64,000 bases of DNA from an uncultured Planctomycetaceae bacterium (GTDB lineage: Bacteria; Planctomycetota; Planctomycetia; Pirellulales; PALSA-1355): positions 1,485,304 to 1,549,303 of the forward strand of contig CAWAUV010000008.1 in NCBI GenBank assembly GCA_963785305.1, read 5' to 3'. The notes under the pieces are model-generated. The model had not been told where the DNA came from. It worked only from the letters and a program-made list of their open reading frames with translations, and searched no databases. The position numbers were made by a program, and so were the translations under genes. Below are positions 9,213 through 21,886 of the stretch, piece after piece. How positions within the stretch are numbered: the stretch's first letter is position 1; each line of letters opens with the position of its first letter.

Positions 9213-12200
9213 ATGATTTGTCGTGCAAAGCTGCGATCGGCGCTCCCCGGCGCCGCGCTCGCGTGGCTCGTCGTTTGGTGTGGGTGTCGCGACGCCGCGG
9301 CCCAAACCCTGGATGACGCAATGGCGCCGGTCGCCAAAATCGCGCCGCTACCCGATGGCGTGGTCCGATTGTCGTTGTCCAACGCGGCCATGGTGCGGTG
9401 GAATGGAAAGCAAGCGACGTTGACCACCGACACGGATCGCCGCCTTGCGATCGATCAGGGCGTCGTCGCGCGCTGGAATGCCGACAACGAGCGCCCAACG
9501 TGGTCGGTCACGATTCCGCGAGCCGGGGCGTATCGGGTTGTCGCGTTCCAGGCGACGCTGCCTGGTTACTCGGGCAGCGCCGTCATTCAGTTTTTGGGGG
9601 CGAAGCGGCAAGCGCTCAATGTCTCGTTTGAAGCGGCGACTCCCGCGCCGGCGCCGGGCCAAGAACAGCAATCCAATGTCGCGGCGTCCGCGAACGCGCC
9701 CACCGGTTTCGTGCCCGGCAGACCGAAGCCCGTGGAGCTTGGCGAGCTTGAACTGGCGCCGGGAGATGTGCTCGTTGAATATCGACCGACCACATGGAGC
9801 TCGCCGTTCGAGATCATTCGCTTGGCCGAGATTCGCTTGGTTCCGCTCGACGCTTTGCGGGCCTCGAGCCGCGCCGCCGCCGGACCACTGACTCGCGCGG
9901 GCGTCGACGCGCTGCCGGCCGTCAAGGCATGCGGCGATCGCGTGCTTGCGCTTCGCAAGGAAGTTGACGCCCTGAATCGCGAAACGCGCCGCCGCGACTT
10001 CGGCGAGTTTCACGACTTCGATCAATTCCTGGCCTTCGATCGCTTACCCAGCCGGCTGCGCGAGGCCGAGCCGGCGCTCAAGGCGGCCAACCGCGATTGG
10101 GAGCGACGCGGCTCGAAGCGGCGGAAACGTCGACCGAATTGCTCGCGAAACTCGATTCCAAGGAGCGCCAAGCGGTGGATGAATATATTCGCGCGGCCGA
10201 GGCCGTGAACGCCGCCGAGAGCCATGCTTATCGGCCCATGCGGACCGCGAGTCCGGCGAGCCCCGCGACGACTGGCGTGGAGCGGCGCCACACGCTGTTC
10301 CCCACGGGGCATTTCGAAACACTGCCGCCGCAAGCGATCGATGCCCGCCTGCCGCGGCGGGAATTGGCGCTCAACGCGCCGCCCGACCTTGCCGCGCGCC
10401 GCGGGCGATTTCGCGAGCGAAACTCGCCGGCGTCACTCAAGACGCTGTGCGCGCGACTGCGAAACGTGTTGATTCCGGGAACACCGGGACTGGAAGCGTT
10501 CGAGGAGCAATGCCGCCTGGGACACGCATCCGCGGCGCTTGAAGCCTATCGAGACTATTTCTTCGCCAAGCTGGCCGATCCCGAGTCGCATGGCGCCGTC
10601 ACCGAAAACATTCTCTTCGAGTTGACTCGCGATCGTGGCAAGGGCGAGTTGCTGCTGCGACCAAGCGAGTTCGTGTTGGAAAAGAACATGAACGATTGGG
10701 CTGTCGCCCAAATCGACAAGGAAGTCGTGTTGGCCAAAGTGGGGCCACCGGGCGAAGCCGCTTGGGTTCCGCATGGTCTCGAGGTTCCCGCCGCCGCGGC
10801 GAACGATGGCCGCGTTCGCAAACACGCCTTTTGGCAAACGCCCGAAGGGAAAGACGCCTGGCGAACGCTCGAATACTTTCGGTCGATCAACTCGCTTCCC
10901 GGCGACCGCGCCGAGTTCTTTGGCGGCGGCATTTTCCCCGCCCTACTCGCATCGTATGCGATCGATGGCGATCGGCAACATTTGGCGCGATGGTGCGAAT
11001 ATCACGACGACTGGGCGATGAACGCCCGAAGCGACCAAGAGGCGTTTTCCATCGGCCTGCGCTGCGCCATGGACCTGGAAACCCAGTTTCCCCGCGCGAC
11101 CTTGAACCTCTTGCGGATCGTGCTCGATGAGCGACCGGCAATGGCCCGGGAATTCGACGCTCCGTCGTTGGCCCGGCTCATCATGGCGCTCGTCGTCGAC
11201 GCGGCTCCCTACACGATACGCGCGCGCTGCGCCGAAATGGCCAACTGGGGCATCATGGGCCTCGGCCATCAATTGCATCTCGGCCGCTTTCTCCATGAAT
11301 TCAAGGCCATGGACTACTTCAACCGCGAGGCATGGCGCCTTTGGAACGCCAACATGATTCAGCATCGCACGCTCGACGGCGAAAATATCGAAGCCTGGGA
11401 CGATGGCCATAATTGGGTAACAATCGAATTCAGCGAGGACAGCGTGCCCTACGCCCGCTTGCCAAAAGGCGTCGACGCGCTCGACCTTACCTTGTTCTGG
11501 GACAATTCGCGGATTGACCAGCGCTCGAAACTAACGCACATCGGCCCGCCAGGAACCTATTGGCCAAGCTGGGAGAATCACCCAATGCCCAGCCGCAACA
11601 CAATCCATCGCTACTATCGCCCGGGCCCCACGAATCGCCACGGCTTCGATCTGATCGAGAAGGAACCGGGCGCCCAAAGCCGCATTGAAACCCTGATCGG
11701 CGCGGGCCGGCCCGCTTCCGGCCGTTTGCCCGAGGTGTGTTCCGATCTTTCGCCCTATGGCTCGATGGCCTATCTGCGCGAAAGCTGGAGCCCCGACGCC
11801 GATTACTTCGTGCTCCAAAATGTGCCGGTTCGCAGTCAGTCGCAAGAAGATTGTTCCCGCACCATGTATAGCCTGGCGAAAAACGATCGGGTTCTCGTCG
11901 AAGCACATGGCTTGGTGGTCGATCGCAAGCCCGACAATCGATATCAAGACGCGGTGCGAACGGGCGGCAAGACCGACTATTGCGGCGAGGCCGGCCGCCA
12001 TGTTCGCCCGGAGCGATTTCACACCTCGCCGTATTTCGATTTTGCCGAAGCGCAACAAGACTCGCCCTATGCGTTGCACCGGCTCAGCCATGGCGACGCA
12101 TATGGTCTCTATCGCCAGGCGCTGCCGCGGCCCGACCCCGAGCCGATTCGCGATGTGACGGTGCTGCGGCAGGTGTTCGGCCCGCGGGGCGCGGGACTAT

Positions 12201-13814
12201 GGATCGTTTGCGATCGGATCGAAAACCGCGGCAGCCAAGAGCGAGAATACGCGCAGTTTTTTACATTGCCCGCGCGGATCGAAGCGAACGGTTTTGCCGA
12301 CCGCGTGCGACTGCTTGCCGCGGCCGGGGCGCCGCTGGTGGAGGTCGACCCCCAGCGCCGCCGGATTCGTGGGGTGAGTCCCGGCTTCGAAAATGCCTCG
12401 CTGTATTGTTTTTCGCCGAGCGAATTGACGTTTGCCAATGTGCTCGGCGCGACTCGCGAACATCAAGCGTTGGCCGATTCGCCGCTGCGCGCGTCCAAAC
12501 CCAACTCCACCAAGGCAAAACGCCCGACGAGCTTGTCAAAAAGCCGCTGAAGCATCCCGTTTCCGTGCATTGGCGCGGCGCGGGCAATCAACTGTTCATC
12601 GCGGCGATCGTCTCGCGACCGGCCGAAGGCGCCATGGCGCGGCAATTGGCCGCCGAGCCAAGGTCTGTCGAGCAACAAACGGGCCCCGAGGGCGTGCTGG
12701 GCTGTCGAATCGTGACCCATTCGGGGCTCGAAGTCTGGTTTGCCAGCGGCCCAAACGTCGAGAATCGCCTGGAGTGCGGCCCCATGACCGCTGTCGCGGA
12801 ATCGCTGCTCGTGGCCCAAAACCCGGGCGGCCAGCCGCGCGGCGTGGCGCTCGGATGCAAGTCGCTTAAATTCAACGAGCGGCCGGTGGAGCTCGCCAAT
12901 GCCGACTTCGAGTTCTCTCTCGATCCCAACGGCGTCGTGGCCCAAGAGCCGATCAGGCGCCCAATCGACACGGTCCGCATTTTACCCGAACAGAATGTCT
13001 TCACGGAGCGAGCCGAGATCGCGTTTGAATTATCGGCGGGCGAGCGACGCGATGTCGAATTTCGTTACACGCTCGACGGGCAAGAGCCCACATCGAGCTC
13101 GCCGCGATACACCGCGCCAATCGCCATCGACAAAACGACCTTGGTGAAGGTCAGGCCATTTCGCCAGGGATTGACCACAACGCCCTGGTCGTTTGGCGGC
13201 GTCGAGAGCGGCCGGACCGTGGGAGCTATTTTCCGGAAGCGAGCGCCGCTGCCGGCCATCGCCGCGCCGCGCGTTGCCTCGCGGCCAGGGCTTGCCTACG
13301 AATACTACGAAGGCGACTGGCCGACGCTCCTAAGCTACGCCGCATATCCCGGAACCCTGGAGCCCAAGGCCGGCGGGACCTTAATGAACCTCTTCGAGTC
13401 GAGCGAGCTCGAAAGAATCCGCGCGACCGACCGGGCATTTGCGCTGCGCTGCGATGGCTTGGTCGACATTCCCACGGCCGGCGTTTACACGCTCCATGCC
13501 CCAACGCATCTCCACACTCCGACGATGGACGCCGGGTTCGACTTGCGCGTGTTTCTCGATGGCGAGGAATGGATGCCATGTCCCGGGCTCCACTCCGAAC
13601 ACGCTTGGAGCATTCCGCTCGCGGCGGGACTGCATCGCTTGCGAGTCGCGTATACCGACTACCGCTGGCGAACGTTTCGCAACGATTACTGGATGGCTTG
13701 GCAACCCGAGGAAATCTGGCAAGGCGCGCCGTGCTGGAAATCGCCGGCCCGGGCCTCGAGCGGCAAGCCCTGCCGAACGCGTGGCTGCGCCACGAGGAGC
13801 ACACGGAGAAGTAA
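9213..13814 (+). CDS. Large secreted carbohydrate-active protein (~1,500 aa): heparinase II/III-like core, FN3-associated/chitobiase-C domain, PA14-like domain; about 3 frameshifts (~10100, ~12490, ~13735)
   Basis: Four consecutive ORF pieces join end to end. Motifs: signal peptide, ANWGIMG..., GSMAYLRESWSPDADY, RFHTSPYFDFAEA, RQVFGPRGAGLWIVCDRI (heparinase-like), FRYTLDGQEPTSSSPRYTAPIAIDKTTLVKVR (FN3-associated), PGLAYEYYEGDW...GLVDIPTAGVYTL (PA14-like). Confidence 0.7.
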
Positions 13815-13863
13815 ACCGCGATCACTCGCTCGCGGAAAATGGCCGCCGATGACGAAGCGTTCG

Positions 13864-15710
13864 TCATTTTCCGCCGGCGGAGGGCTTTTCCTTGGCCTCT
13901 TGCTCGGCGAGGGCCGCTTTGAACACTTTGAGTTGCCGTTCGATCGAGGCGCTGCTCGGTTCGAGCTGGGAGGCTTCGGTTTGATATTTCACGGCGCTCG
14001 CGTAGTCGCGCTTGGCGTAGTAGCAGTGGGCTAGCGTGTCCAGATAACCGCCCGCGTGGCGAAGCTCGACCGACTTGTGCGACATGCGGATCGCTTCGTC
14101 GATATCGCCCTCGGTGTTGGCCACGAGCCAGGCGAGTTGATTGTAGCCGTTGGGATCCGCGGGATTTTGCTGGGTCTGGCGGCGGGTTTCATCGACGACT
14201 TGCCGAATCGTCTCGCGCAGTTTCTTGCGGCGATCGGCATCGAGCGGCAGCCGATACATCGAGATCAGCACATCGACATCGGTGCTGTCCTCGGCCAAGG
14301 CTTTTTCCAAAAGCGGAAGCGACTCGCTGGTTTGGCCGCGCTTGCGAAGGTCCTCGGCCATGAAGAAATACAATCGCGACCGCATCGCGTCGGGACTGCG
14401 GCTCGGCAGCCGCTGGGCAAAGCGGAGCACGGCCATGTCGCTATCCATCTTGTCGATCGCTTCCTTGAGCACCTGGGCCGCTTCTTTATCGCGCTGGCGG
14501 TCATGCAGATTCTCGCTCAACTGATAGCGCGCCAAGAGGCCCACGCCGGCGACTTCGTTGGCCCAGCCGAGGCTCATCACATGGCGAAATTCGTCGTCGG
14601 CCCAGTCGATCATGCCGCGCTTCTGAAGCGTAAAACCGATTTGCAAGTGCTCGAGGGCCTTGTCCGGATCGATGAGAACTCGCCTTGCGGGCCATTTCCT
14701 TGGCGAGCGCCGACTTGCCGCCCGCGAGATAAGCCTGGGCCAGCGAATAGAGCAACTCGGGCTCGGCGGCGAAATTGGACTCGAAGCGCTTCGCCACCTC
14801 GTCGATCGATTGCCAGTCCTTGCGCGGTGAGCCACTTGAGCAATTCGCCGAGCGATTCGTTTTCGCCGCGATCGAGCTCGATCACCCGCTTCACCAGGGC
14901 CGAGGCCTCGTCGCCGCGGCCAAGCCGATCGAGCAGATCGATCTCCTGCTCCAGCAGCGCTTCGACGAGCGAATTGCGCGTGAGCTGCGGATGATGTTCG
15001 AGCGTGTCCTGCTCCGCCGAAACCCATTGCCGCCAATCGATCAGGGCGCCGTTCGGATCGTCGTGCGAACGCACATAGGCCCGCAACCAATGGGCGGGCG
15101 CCCGAGTGCTGCGATCGACGCCGAGAGAATCTTGGTCGAACGTTTGGCCCAATCATTGTCGGGCGGGGCCGGCGCGAAGCACCAGCGCGGCCGCTTGCTT
15201 GGAAAGCACCTGCGACGCCTCGAACCGCGCCATGCGGCAGAGCGGGCCGATGCCCTCGTCGGCGGGCAACTGGCTCAGCTCCTTGAGCTTTTCGAGCCGG
15301 CCTTTTTCATCGCCGTTTTCATAGTTTTGCAACACCTCTTTCACTTGGGCCGAGTCCGACTCTTGAATCCATTCGACGCGAATCAATCGCACCAGATAAC
15401 GCGCCTGGGTGGCGATCTCGACATCGTCGCTGTCTTCGGCCGCGCTCAAGGAATCGAAGGCCGCGGCGCCCAGCCGAGTGAGCTCGCGCTGGGCTCGCTG
15501 GCGGACGACGAATCGGTCGTCGCCCAGCTCGGCAATCAGCCGGCTAATCTGGCGATCTTCGTCGTCCGGGGCTTTTTCCGCGGCGCCGTTTTCGGCCCGC
15601 GCGAAAGTCGGCCCCCCGAGGCCGCAGCCCCAAAAACCGACGGCCGCGACCAGCGCGGCCAACAACTCGCCCCCGGCAGTCCAGACGCACAACGCATTTT
15701 TTCGATCCAT
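13864..15710 (-). CDS. Exported HEAT + tetratricopeptide-repeat protein; several frameshifts
   Basis: N-terminal hydrophobic leader, a HEAT unit (QISRLIAELGDDRFVVRQRAQRELTRLG), and C-terminal TPRs (YNQLAWLVAN, YLDTLAHCYYAKRDYASAVKYQTEA). Confidence 0.75.
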
Positions 15711-16087
15711 AGCGTGCAACTCGATCGAGAGAGGAATTCCCGAATACCCCGGGGCGGGCCCCCCCTGGCCGCGCCCATCCCAAGTTCAGCATAGCCGAGC
15801 CATTTGCCCGCTCGCAAGTTTTTCCTTCTTTCCGAACCCGCGGAAGCCCTTTGGCGGAGACGGAAGGACCAGCGGCTTTCCTGGACTTCCCAGCCTTCGC
15901 ATTCTGGCGTCCGTGGTCCATTCGCGCCAACTGGCCGGGCAAACCCACATAGCCGCACTTACGCGATTGCGTTAGACTTTGGCCACATGCTGAAATTCGC
16001 CACCGCTTCTGGCGCCACTATTCGCTCGCAATGATGGCGGCGGGGAACGCGGCTCGGCGACTCACCGACCGACGGGAGCGTTGCCCC

Positions 16088-17315
16088 ATGCCGATTCGCC
16101 CTTTCAACTTTATCCATGCCAGCGATCTGCACCTGGAGCGCCCCCCCTCGGGCGTGGAAGAAATTCCCGAACACCTGCGGAGCGCGTTTGTCGACTGCGC
16201 CTATCGCGCCGCCGAGCGAGTGTTCGACGCCGCGCTCGCCACGCCAGCCGACTTCCTACTACTCTCGGGCGATGTGCTCGATCCCGATCTCACCGGCCCG
16301 CGCGGCTATGTGTTTCTGGCTGACCAGTTCGCGAGGCTGGCGGCCAAGAATATCGCCGTCTATTGGGCCGGCGGCCGATCGGATCATGTCGACCTTTGGC
16401 CGAGCGGGCTCGACTTGCCCGACAATGTGCATCTCTTCCCCCGCTCGCAGATCGGCCGCATCGTGCATCGCCGCGACGACGAGCCGCTGGCCCTGCTGCT
16501 GGGCCTCAGCCGCCAAGAACGCAAACGCATCCGCCCCGCCGAATTCGCCGGCGAAGACGAAATGCCATTTAGCATCGCGGTTTGCTACGGCTTGGCCGAA
16601 GGCGAAACCCTGGCCGGCCGCGGCATTCAATATTGGGCGCTCGGCGGCGAACACGAGCGTCGCTCGCTTGGCGCCGCGCCGCTGGTGGCGCATTACCCCG
16701 GCACTCCGCAAGGCCGCCGACCGAAGGAAACCGGCCCGCGCGGTTGCACCAGCGTGCATGTCGACGAGCAAGCGCGCGTGCGCACCACTTTTGTCGCCAC
16801 CGACGCGCTCCGCTGGCAAAACGAACGCATTTTGGTCACCGCCCACACGAGCCGCGATCAGCTCGAGCGCCAACTGCGCGAGCGAGCGTCGGCCCTGTGG
16901 GCGCGGGCCTGGGGCCCGATATGCTCGTCACCTGGACCGTGGCGGGCTCGCCTTGGCTGGCGGCGAAGCTCCGCTGGGGTTCGCTCGAAAACGATCTACT
17001 GGCCCGCTTGCGAAATGAATTCGGCAATCGTCGCCCGGCGCTCTGGAGCGTGGCGATCGTGCCCGACACCGATGTCGAGTTGCCCTCGAGTTGGCGCGAG
17101 CAGGAGAGTTTGCTGGGCGACATGTTGCGTTCGCTCAAGGAGCGTTCGGCGGCCGACACACCGCCGGAACTGCGTTCTTTACTCGGCGAGCGCCAGGCGC
17201 GGGCGCGCTCGGCGCGGCGGTGTCGCTAGACGATCCGGTCGAACGGCGTCGCGCGTTTGAAGACGCGGCGCTACTGGCCGTCGAAATGCTCAGCCATGAG
17301 GAGTCGGCGAAGTGA
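16088..17315 (+). CDS. YhaO/SbcD/Mre11-like metallophosphoesterase with degenerate metal-binding motifs; frameshifts near 16895 and 17200
   Basis: FIHASDLHL, LLSGDVLD, YWALGGEH, YPGTPQGRRPKETGPRGC. The stop overlaps the start of the downstream ATPase (GTGA). Confidence 0.85.
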
Positions 17316-20300
17316 ATATCAGCGATGTCGAGATCGAGGGCTTCGGCGTTTGGCGTTCCTTGCGACTCAACGGTTTCTCGGACCGGCTGACCGTCATCCA
17401 CGGACCCAACGAAGCCGGCAAAACCACCCTGCTCCAGTTCGTGCGAGCCATGCTCTATGGCTTTTCCGACGAACGCCGCGCTCGCTATCTGCCGCCGGTC
17501 GATGGTGGAACGGCAGGCGGCCGACTGCAACTGCGCACCGTGGCCGGGCCACTATTCGTCTCGCGCCATGATCGCGGCGATGGCGATAAATCGGGCGCCG
17601 AGGGCGAGGTGATCCTTTCGGCCCGGTCCGGCGGACCGCCCAGCGGTCGCTCGCTGATCGAGCTTCTCGGCGGAATCGACGAATCGACATTCAATCATGT
17701 GTTCGCCATTGGCCTGCGCGAAATGCAGCAATTGGGCACGCTCACCGACACCCAGGCCGCGCACTGGCTCTACGATCTGACGCTCGGCGTCGACCATGTG
17801 TCGCTGGCCGATGTGATGGAGCGGCTCGAAACCTGGCGCGGGCGGATCATCACTCCCGAAGTTCATGGCGAAGAGCCGATCACGAACGAACAAGAGCGGC
17901 TCGCCTGGCTCGACCATCGCACGCTCGAGGAGCAGCAGCACCACGCCCATCACCACGCGCATCACCACGATCCGTCCGGCGGTGAACACGCGGCGCCCTT
18001 CGAGCGCCCGGCCTCGATCGAGCGCTATGCCCAGGTGCAACATCTGCTCGCTCGTAAACATCAACTCAAGACCGAGATCGAAGACCTGCGTGGGCTCACG
18101 GTGCGCTGTTCGAATCGGCCGAAAGCGCCCGCCACTTGAGCGCCGCGATCGACACCCTACAACAAGCCGACGGCGCGCTCGAGCGCCGGCTCTGGCTCGC
18201 GAGCATGGCCCGCTCGCTGGCCGACAAATGGCATGCCCGCGCGGCGCTTGGTCAGCAATTGGCGGCGCTGGGCGATGTGCGGCCGCTGCCCGAAGGCAGC
18301 GTCGAAAAATATCATGAACTGCGAACTCGCGAACTGGCCTATGGCGCCCGAGTGCGCAAGCTGCGGGCCCGCCGGGCTCAGCTGCGCAAGGAGAGCGAGG
18401 CGGTCGAGGTCAACGAAAACCTTTGCCGGCAAGGTCCGCGGCTCGAGGCGCTCAATGAACAACAGCCGTGGCTGGCGTTTTTGGGCGAACAGGTGCGTTC
18501 GCTCGACGAACAGATCGCCGCCCATGAGCTCAAGCACGAAGCCGAACACAAGCGCTGGATCGAAATCATCGGCAAGCGCGGCGACGGCAAGCTACCGGCC
18601 ACCACGCCGCGGCAGTTCGACAATCTGCAAGCCGCCGCCCGCCAGCTCGCGGCTCATCGCAAGGCCCACGCCGAGGCCCGCGACGCGGCCAAGAATCATC
18701 ATCGTTCGGCCAAGGACGCCAAGGGCAACATGGAAAACGCCCTCGGCGAAAAGTCGGACGAAGATGTCAACACCCTCGTGGCCAACGCCGGCGACCTCGT
18801 CACGCGACTCCGCCGCCGCGTGCAAATCGACGAACGGCTCGATGTCACTGCCCGCAAGCTCCGCGAGCTCGAAGCCAATAGCCAGGAGTGGCTCGGCAAG
18901 CAGATGCTCCCCGGCTGGGTGCTGGTGGGCTTGGGCGCGGTAATCGTGATCGGTCTGGTGTTTTTCATGGCCGGGCGCTGGCGATGATCGGCTTCTTTTC
19001 CGCGTCGGTCGTCGGCGGGTCGGGCTTGTCGCTGGTGCTGCTGGGCGTGGTGGGCGCCGGAGCGGCCGGTGTGACGAAGTACCACCTGGAGAACTACGCG
19101 TCGCAGCAACTTGTCACGGCCCACAATCAGATTCGCGCGTTGCAACATGAGCGCAAGGACCTGACCGAGGAGCGCGATTCGCTCGACGCGCTCTTGCCGC
19201 GCGGAGGCGGAGGCGCTCGTTTCTCGCTTGCAGGCCGCCGAAAAAGAACTGGCCGAGCTCGAAAAGCTGATGCCGCTCGCCGGCCACGCCGCCACGGTCA
19301 AACGCGCCGCCACCGATGCCCGCGAGCGCCACGCCGCGGCCCGGTCCGCGCACCACGAAACACGCCAGCGGTGGCGGAAAGCGCTCAAGGAAGCCGGCCT
19401 GCCCGACACGCTCAAGCCCAGCCAGGTGCAACACTTCCGCCGCCACGCCAAACAAAGCCAAGCCACGAACCAGGCGCTCGAGGCGCTGCGGGCCCAATCG
19501 CAAGAGCGTCGCAAAGCCTACGATAGCCTCACGCAGCGCATTGCCCAACTCGCCGCCGAAGTAGGCTTCAAAAGCGCCGCCACCGATCCCGTGGCCAAGC
19601 TCCGCGAACTGCTCGCCGAGCTCAATGGCCAACGCGCGAAATTCGAGCGCCGCGAAGCGCTCGTCGGCGAGGCCCGCGCCGCGCATCGCCGGCTCGGCCG
19701 CGCCGTGCGCCGCTTGGCTCGGGTGCATGATCTGGCCGAGCGCCATTTGGCCGATCTTCGTTTGGCCAATGCCGGCGAACTCGAGTGGCGAGTCGAGCAG
19801 CTCAAGGAAGTCGATCGCCTCGAAGGCGAGATCGCCGCGCTGACCGAGGATATCGTCGGCGCGCTGCATGGCCGCGCGTTCGAGAGCGATATCAAGTCGA
19901 TTCTCGACGGCGACACCGATCCGGCGCATTTGGAAAAAGAGATCGCCAAGGAACGCGCCGCCGGTCGCGCGAGGCTCGAACAACTCTTCGAGCAACGCGG
20001 CCAAGTGCGCGAACAGCTCAAGAGCCTGGCCGCCGACACGCGATTGGCCGAAAAACAGGTCGAACTGGCGGTGATCGAAACGCGTCTCGAACGGGCCATC
20101 GAGCGGTGGCGCGTGCTCGGCCTCTGCTCGCAAGTGCTCGAAGCGGTGCGCGAAGTCTACGAACGCGATCGGCAACCGGCCGCCTTGCGCGAAGCCTCGA
20201 CCTATCTGGCCCGACTCACCGGCGGACGCTACCGCCGAGTGTGGACACCGCTCGGGCACCGCGTGCTGCGGGTCGATGATGCTCGCGGCCGCGCCTTGCC

Positions 20301-21251
20301 GGTGGAAGTGCTCAGCCGCGGCACGCGCGAGCAACTGTTTCTCAGCCTAAGGCTGGCGATCATTCGCGCCTATGCCGAGCAAGGAATTCGGCTGCCGCTG
20401 GTGCTCGACGATGTGCTGGTGAACTTCGACGCCAAGCGAGCCCGTTCGGCGGCGGTCTTGCTGCGCGAGTTTGCTCAAGACAATCATCAAGTGTTGATCT
20501 TCACCTGCCATGAGCACATCGCCGAGCTGTTTCGCTCGCTCAAGGCCGATGTGCGACAACTGCCTGACCGCAACACGAAATCGCCGACCGATTGGGTCGA
20601 TGTCGACGCCGAGCCGCAAGCGCCGTGGTGGAAGAGCCGGCGCCGAATGTGAAGCTGGCCGTCGTGGCGCCGGAACCCGTCGAGCCGGAGCCCATCGAAC
20701 CCGAGCTCGAGCCGGTGATCCAAGCGGCCGAGTTGGTTTCAACGCCGGTCGCGATCGAGCCGCCACTGCGGCAAGCGGTGTCGCTGCCGGTCGAGCCGAC
20801 GGCAAGCGTGTTGATCGAACCGCCACCGCCGCGGGCCCGTCGCGAACCGCCGCCGCCGCGCATCGCGAAGATTCCGATTCGCTCCGAGGCCAATCCGCGG
20901 CAGAGCGCGGTGCCACCGCCGGCCCGACTTCGGCGCCGCCGGGCCACGGCTCGGCTCGTTCGCTGGAGCGGTGAGGAGTTCGAGGGCGAACTGGCCGATC
21001 GGGTCAACAACGGCATCACTTGGGACGAGATCATCGGCCCGCAAACCATCGTTCCGCACGACCAAGCAGTGTCGCACGACGCCGGCGCCTCGCATCAGCC
21101 ATCGAGCTATCGTTACGAAGCGACCAAACGCGAGAGCGAAAACGGACATCACGCGGAGCCCGGCCCGAGAAACCCGCTCTCGCGGCTTTTTCCCGAAGAC
21201 GACGACACCGCTCCGGAGATCGAGTTCGACGAGAACGGCGAGGGCTATTGA
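17312..21251 (+). CDS. YhaN/SbcC/Rad50-like SMC-family ATPase (AAA_27) with long coiled coil, central transmembrane hairpin and Pro-rich tail; several frameshifts
   Basis: IEGFG, Walker A GPNEAGKTT, signature LSRGTREQ, Walker B LVLDDVLVNFD, H-loop FTCH. Pieces 17312-18139, 18136-18987, 19228-20652 and 20592-21251 form one continuous reading across frameshifts. Confidence 0.85.
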
Positions 21252-21280
21252 ACCGCCGATCTGAACGATCGAGTTGAACG

Positions 21281-21862
21281 CTACGACGGCAATCGCTCGG
21301 CGAGCAACTGGCGCACGCGCGGCCAATCGTCGTCGCGCTCGAGCAGGGCTCGCGAAAGAATTAGATACTGCCGCGACCGCCGGAAAAACACGATTGCGAC
21401 GCGCTCGGAGATTCGGTGCGAGCGAAAGAAGTCCCAGCGGAGATCGATATCCGCCGCGTCGGTGTGTTGGCGAAACCCTTTCAAGGTGAGCCAAGTCTCG
21501 TGAAGTTGGAACGGTCCCACGCCGCGGCGAAATTTGGACCATAGCAGCAGAATCAAGATCGCGAGCACCGCGGTATAGACGACGAACGCGACCGCAATTG
21601 AGATTATGTCGGCAGCGCGATCTCCAGGATGAGTCCGGAGAAGTTGGCTAAATAAAAACACCAACGCCGCGAAGTAAATGCCATGCCGGGCCAAACCAGC
21701 GATACCCACTCGCAGCCAGCGTCCGCGGAGTAGATCGCGCACGCTCAGCCGCCCCGCGAAATGAATTGCCGCGGTATCTTGGGAATCCATGCCCGCGGGC
21801 GAGTTGCGAGAATCGTCGCCCGCGGGCACGTTCAGCGGCAGATAGGGATTCGTCTCGCTCAC
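21281..21862 (-). CDS. YcxB-family membrane protein
   Basis: N-terminal NPY motif, two hydrophobic helices, then LTLKGFRQHT...LRWDFF...YLILSRALL..DDW (YcxB-like C-terminus). Confidence 0.65.
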   Translation of the reverse strand: MSETNPYLPLNVPAGDDSRNSPAGMDSQDTAAIHFAGRLSVRDLLRGRWLRVGIAGLARHGIYFAALVFLFSQLLRTHPGDRAADIISIAVAFVVYTAVLAILILLLWSKFRRGVGPFQLHETWLTLKGFRQHTDAADIDLRWDFFRSHRISERVAIVFFRRSRQYLILSRALLERDDDWPRVRQLLAERLPS

Positions 21863-21886
21863 TAGTCCGGCGCTCTGTTTCGGCGA

